From NCBI GenBank assembly GCA_037133995.1, contig JBAXNA010000002.1, positions 1-45,193 on the forward strand: a stretch of DNA of 45,193 nt, given 5' to 3'. The translations under genes were made by a program, and so were the position numbers. Positions 44,798 through 45,193 of the stretch are shown here, piece by piece (the first letter of the stretch is position 1; the number at the start of each line of letters is the position of its first letter). Below the pieces are notes generated by a model that was given only the letters and a program-made list of their open reading frames with translations, was not told the origin of the DNA and did not search any database. This stretch comes from Candidatus Saccharimonadota bacterium. Its GTDB lineage: Bacteria; Patescibacteriota; Saccharimonadia; CAILAD01; BJGX01.

Positions 44798-45193
44798 TTA
44801 GTTTCTTGGAGTACTAAAGTACCATTTTAGTATCTCTTTGCTAGCCGGCACCGCAAACTCTGAGCCCTCGCCAGAGTTCTCAATAAGAACAACTAGAGCA
44901 ATCTTGGGGTTGTCTGCAGGTGCATATGAACTAAACCAGGCGTGGGCTTTGGTACGAGGATTTTTACCATCAAAACCCTCTGAGCTAGTTTCGGCTGTAC
45001 CGGTTTTGCCGGCAACCTTGACTGGCACTTCACGCTTGAGATTGCAGCAGGCTGTACCAGACTCTACCGCACCTTCCATTCCCTGCTGAACTAGTTTTAT
45101 GGTTTCGGCAGAAGCAATAGAGGTAATAACTGCTTCTGGCGATATATTTCTTACTAGCTCACCCTGATCATTTTGAACCTTTGAGGCAAATCT
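44798..45193 (-). CDS. Penicillin-binding protein transpeptidase domain, C-terminal part (partial, continues past the right edge)
   Basis: KTGTAE (KTG motif) and HAWFSSYAP. I translated the frame by hand from 45193 down to the stop at 44798 and found no stop codon, so the annotated Met at 45079 is internal. Confidence 0.85.
   Translation of the reverse strand, partial: RFASKVQNDQGELVRNISPEAVITSIASAETIKLVQQGMEGAVESGTACCNLKREVPVKVAGKTGTAETSSEGFDGKNPRTKAHAWFSSYAPADNPKIALVVLIENSGEGSEFAVPASKEILKWYFSTPRN

Overview
This is a compact, gene-dense bacterial chromosome segment of about 45 genes, almost all on the minus strand, with many 4-bp overlaps between genes. GC content is moderate to low.

The housekeeping backbone is nrdAB, gltX, mreB, xseAB, rpmA, pyrG, ftsEX, prfB, secA, hpf, serS, lysS, greA and a partial PBP, plus one tRNA-Leu(CAA). 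Among these sit Gram-positive-type envelope genes: a sortase, an LPQTG substrate, a TagA-like GT, GT4, a Wzy-like protein and a PcsB-like CHAP hydrolase. There are also several Pro-rich ORFan membrane proteins. I infer, but cannot verify, a Patescibacteria/CPR genome resembling Saccharibacteria.

Most notable observations:
1. A ftsE-ftsX-CHAP-M23-M23-ctpA cell-wall hydrolase operon. The two M23 domains have their catalytic motifs in circularly permuted order, and the two genes share a near-identical 373-bp module.
2. A run of ORFan genes between prfB and secA (32.0-38.0 kb). The first two or three are markedly GC-richer than the flanks, and each is followed by a long hairpin.
3. A recurrent TATAAT-N6/7-ATG geometry with no Shine-Dalgarno at nine operon-first genes, suggesting leaderless mRNAs.
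4. Tandem NrdR-like boxes over the nrdA promoter.

No CRISPR array, transposase, integrase or rRNA was seen.
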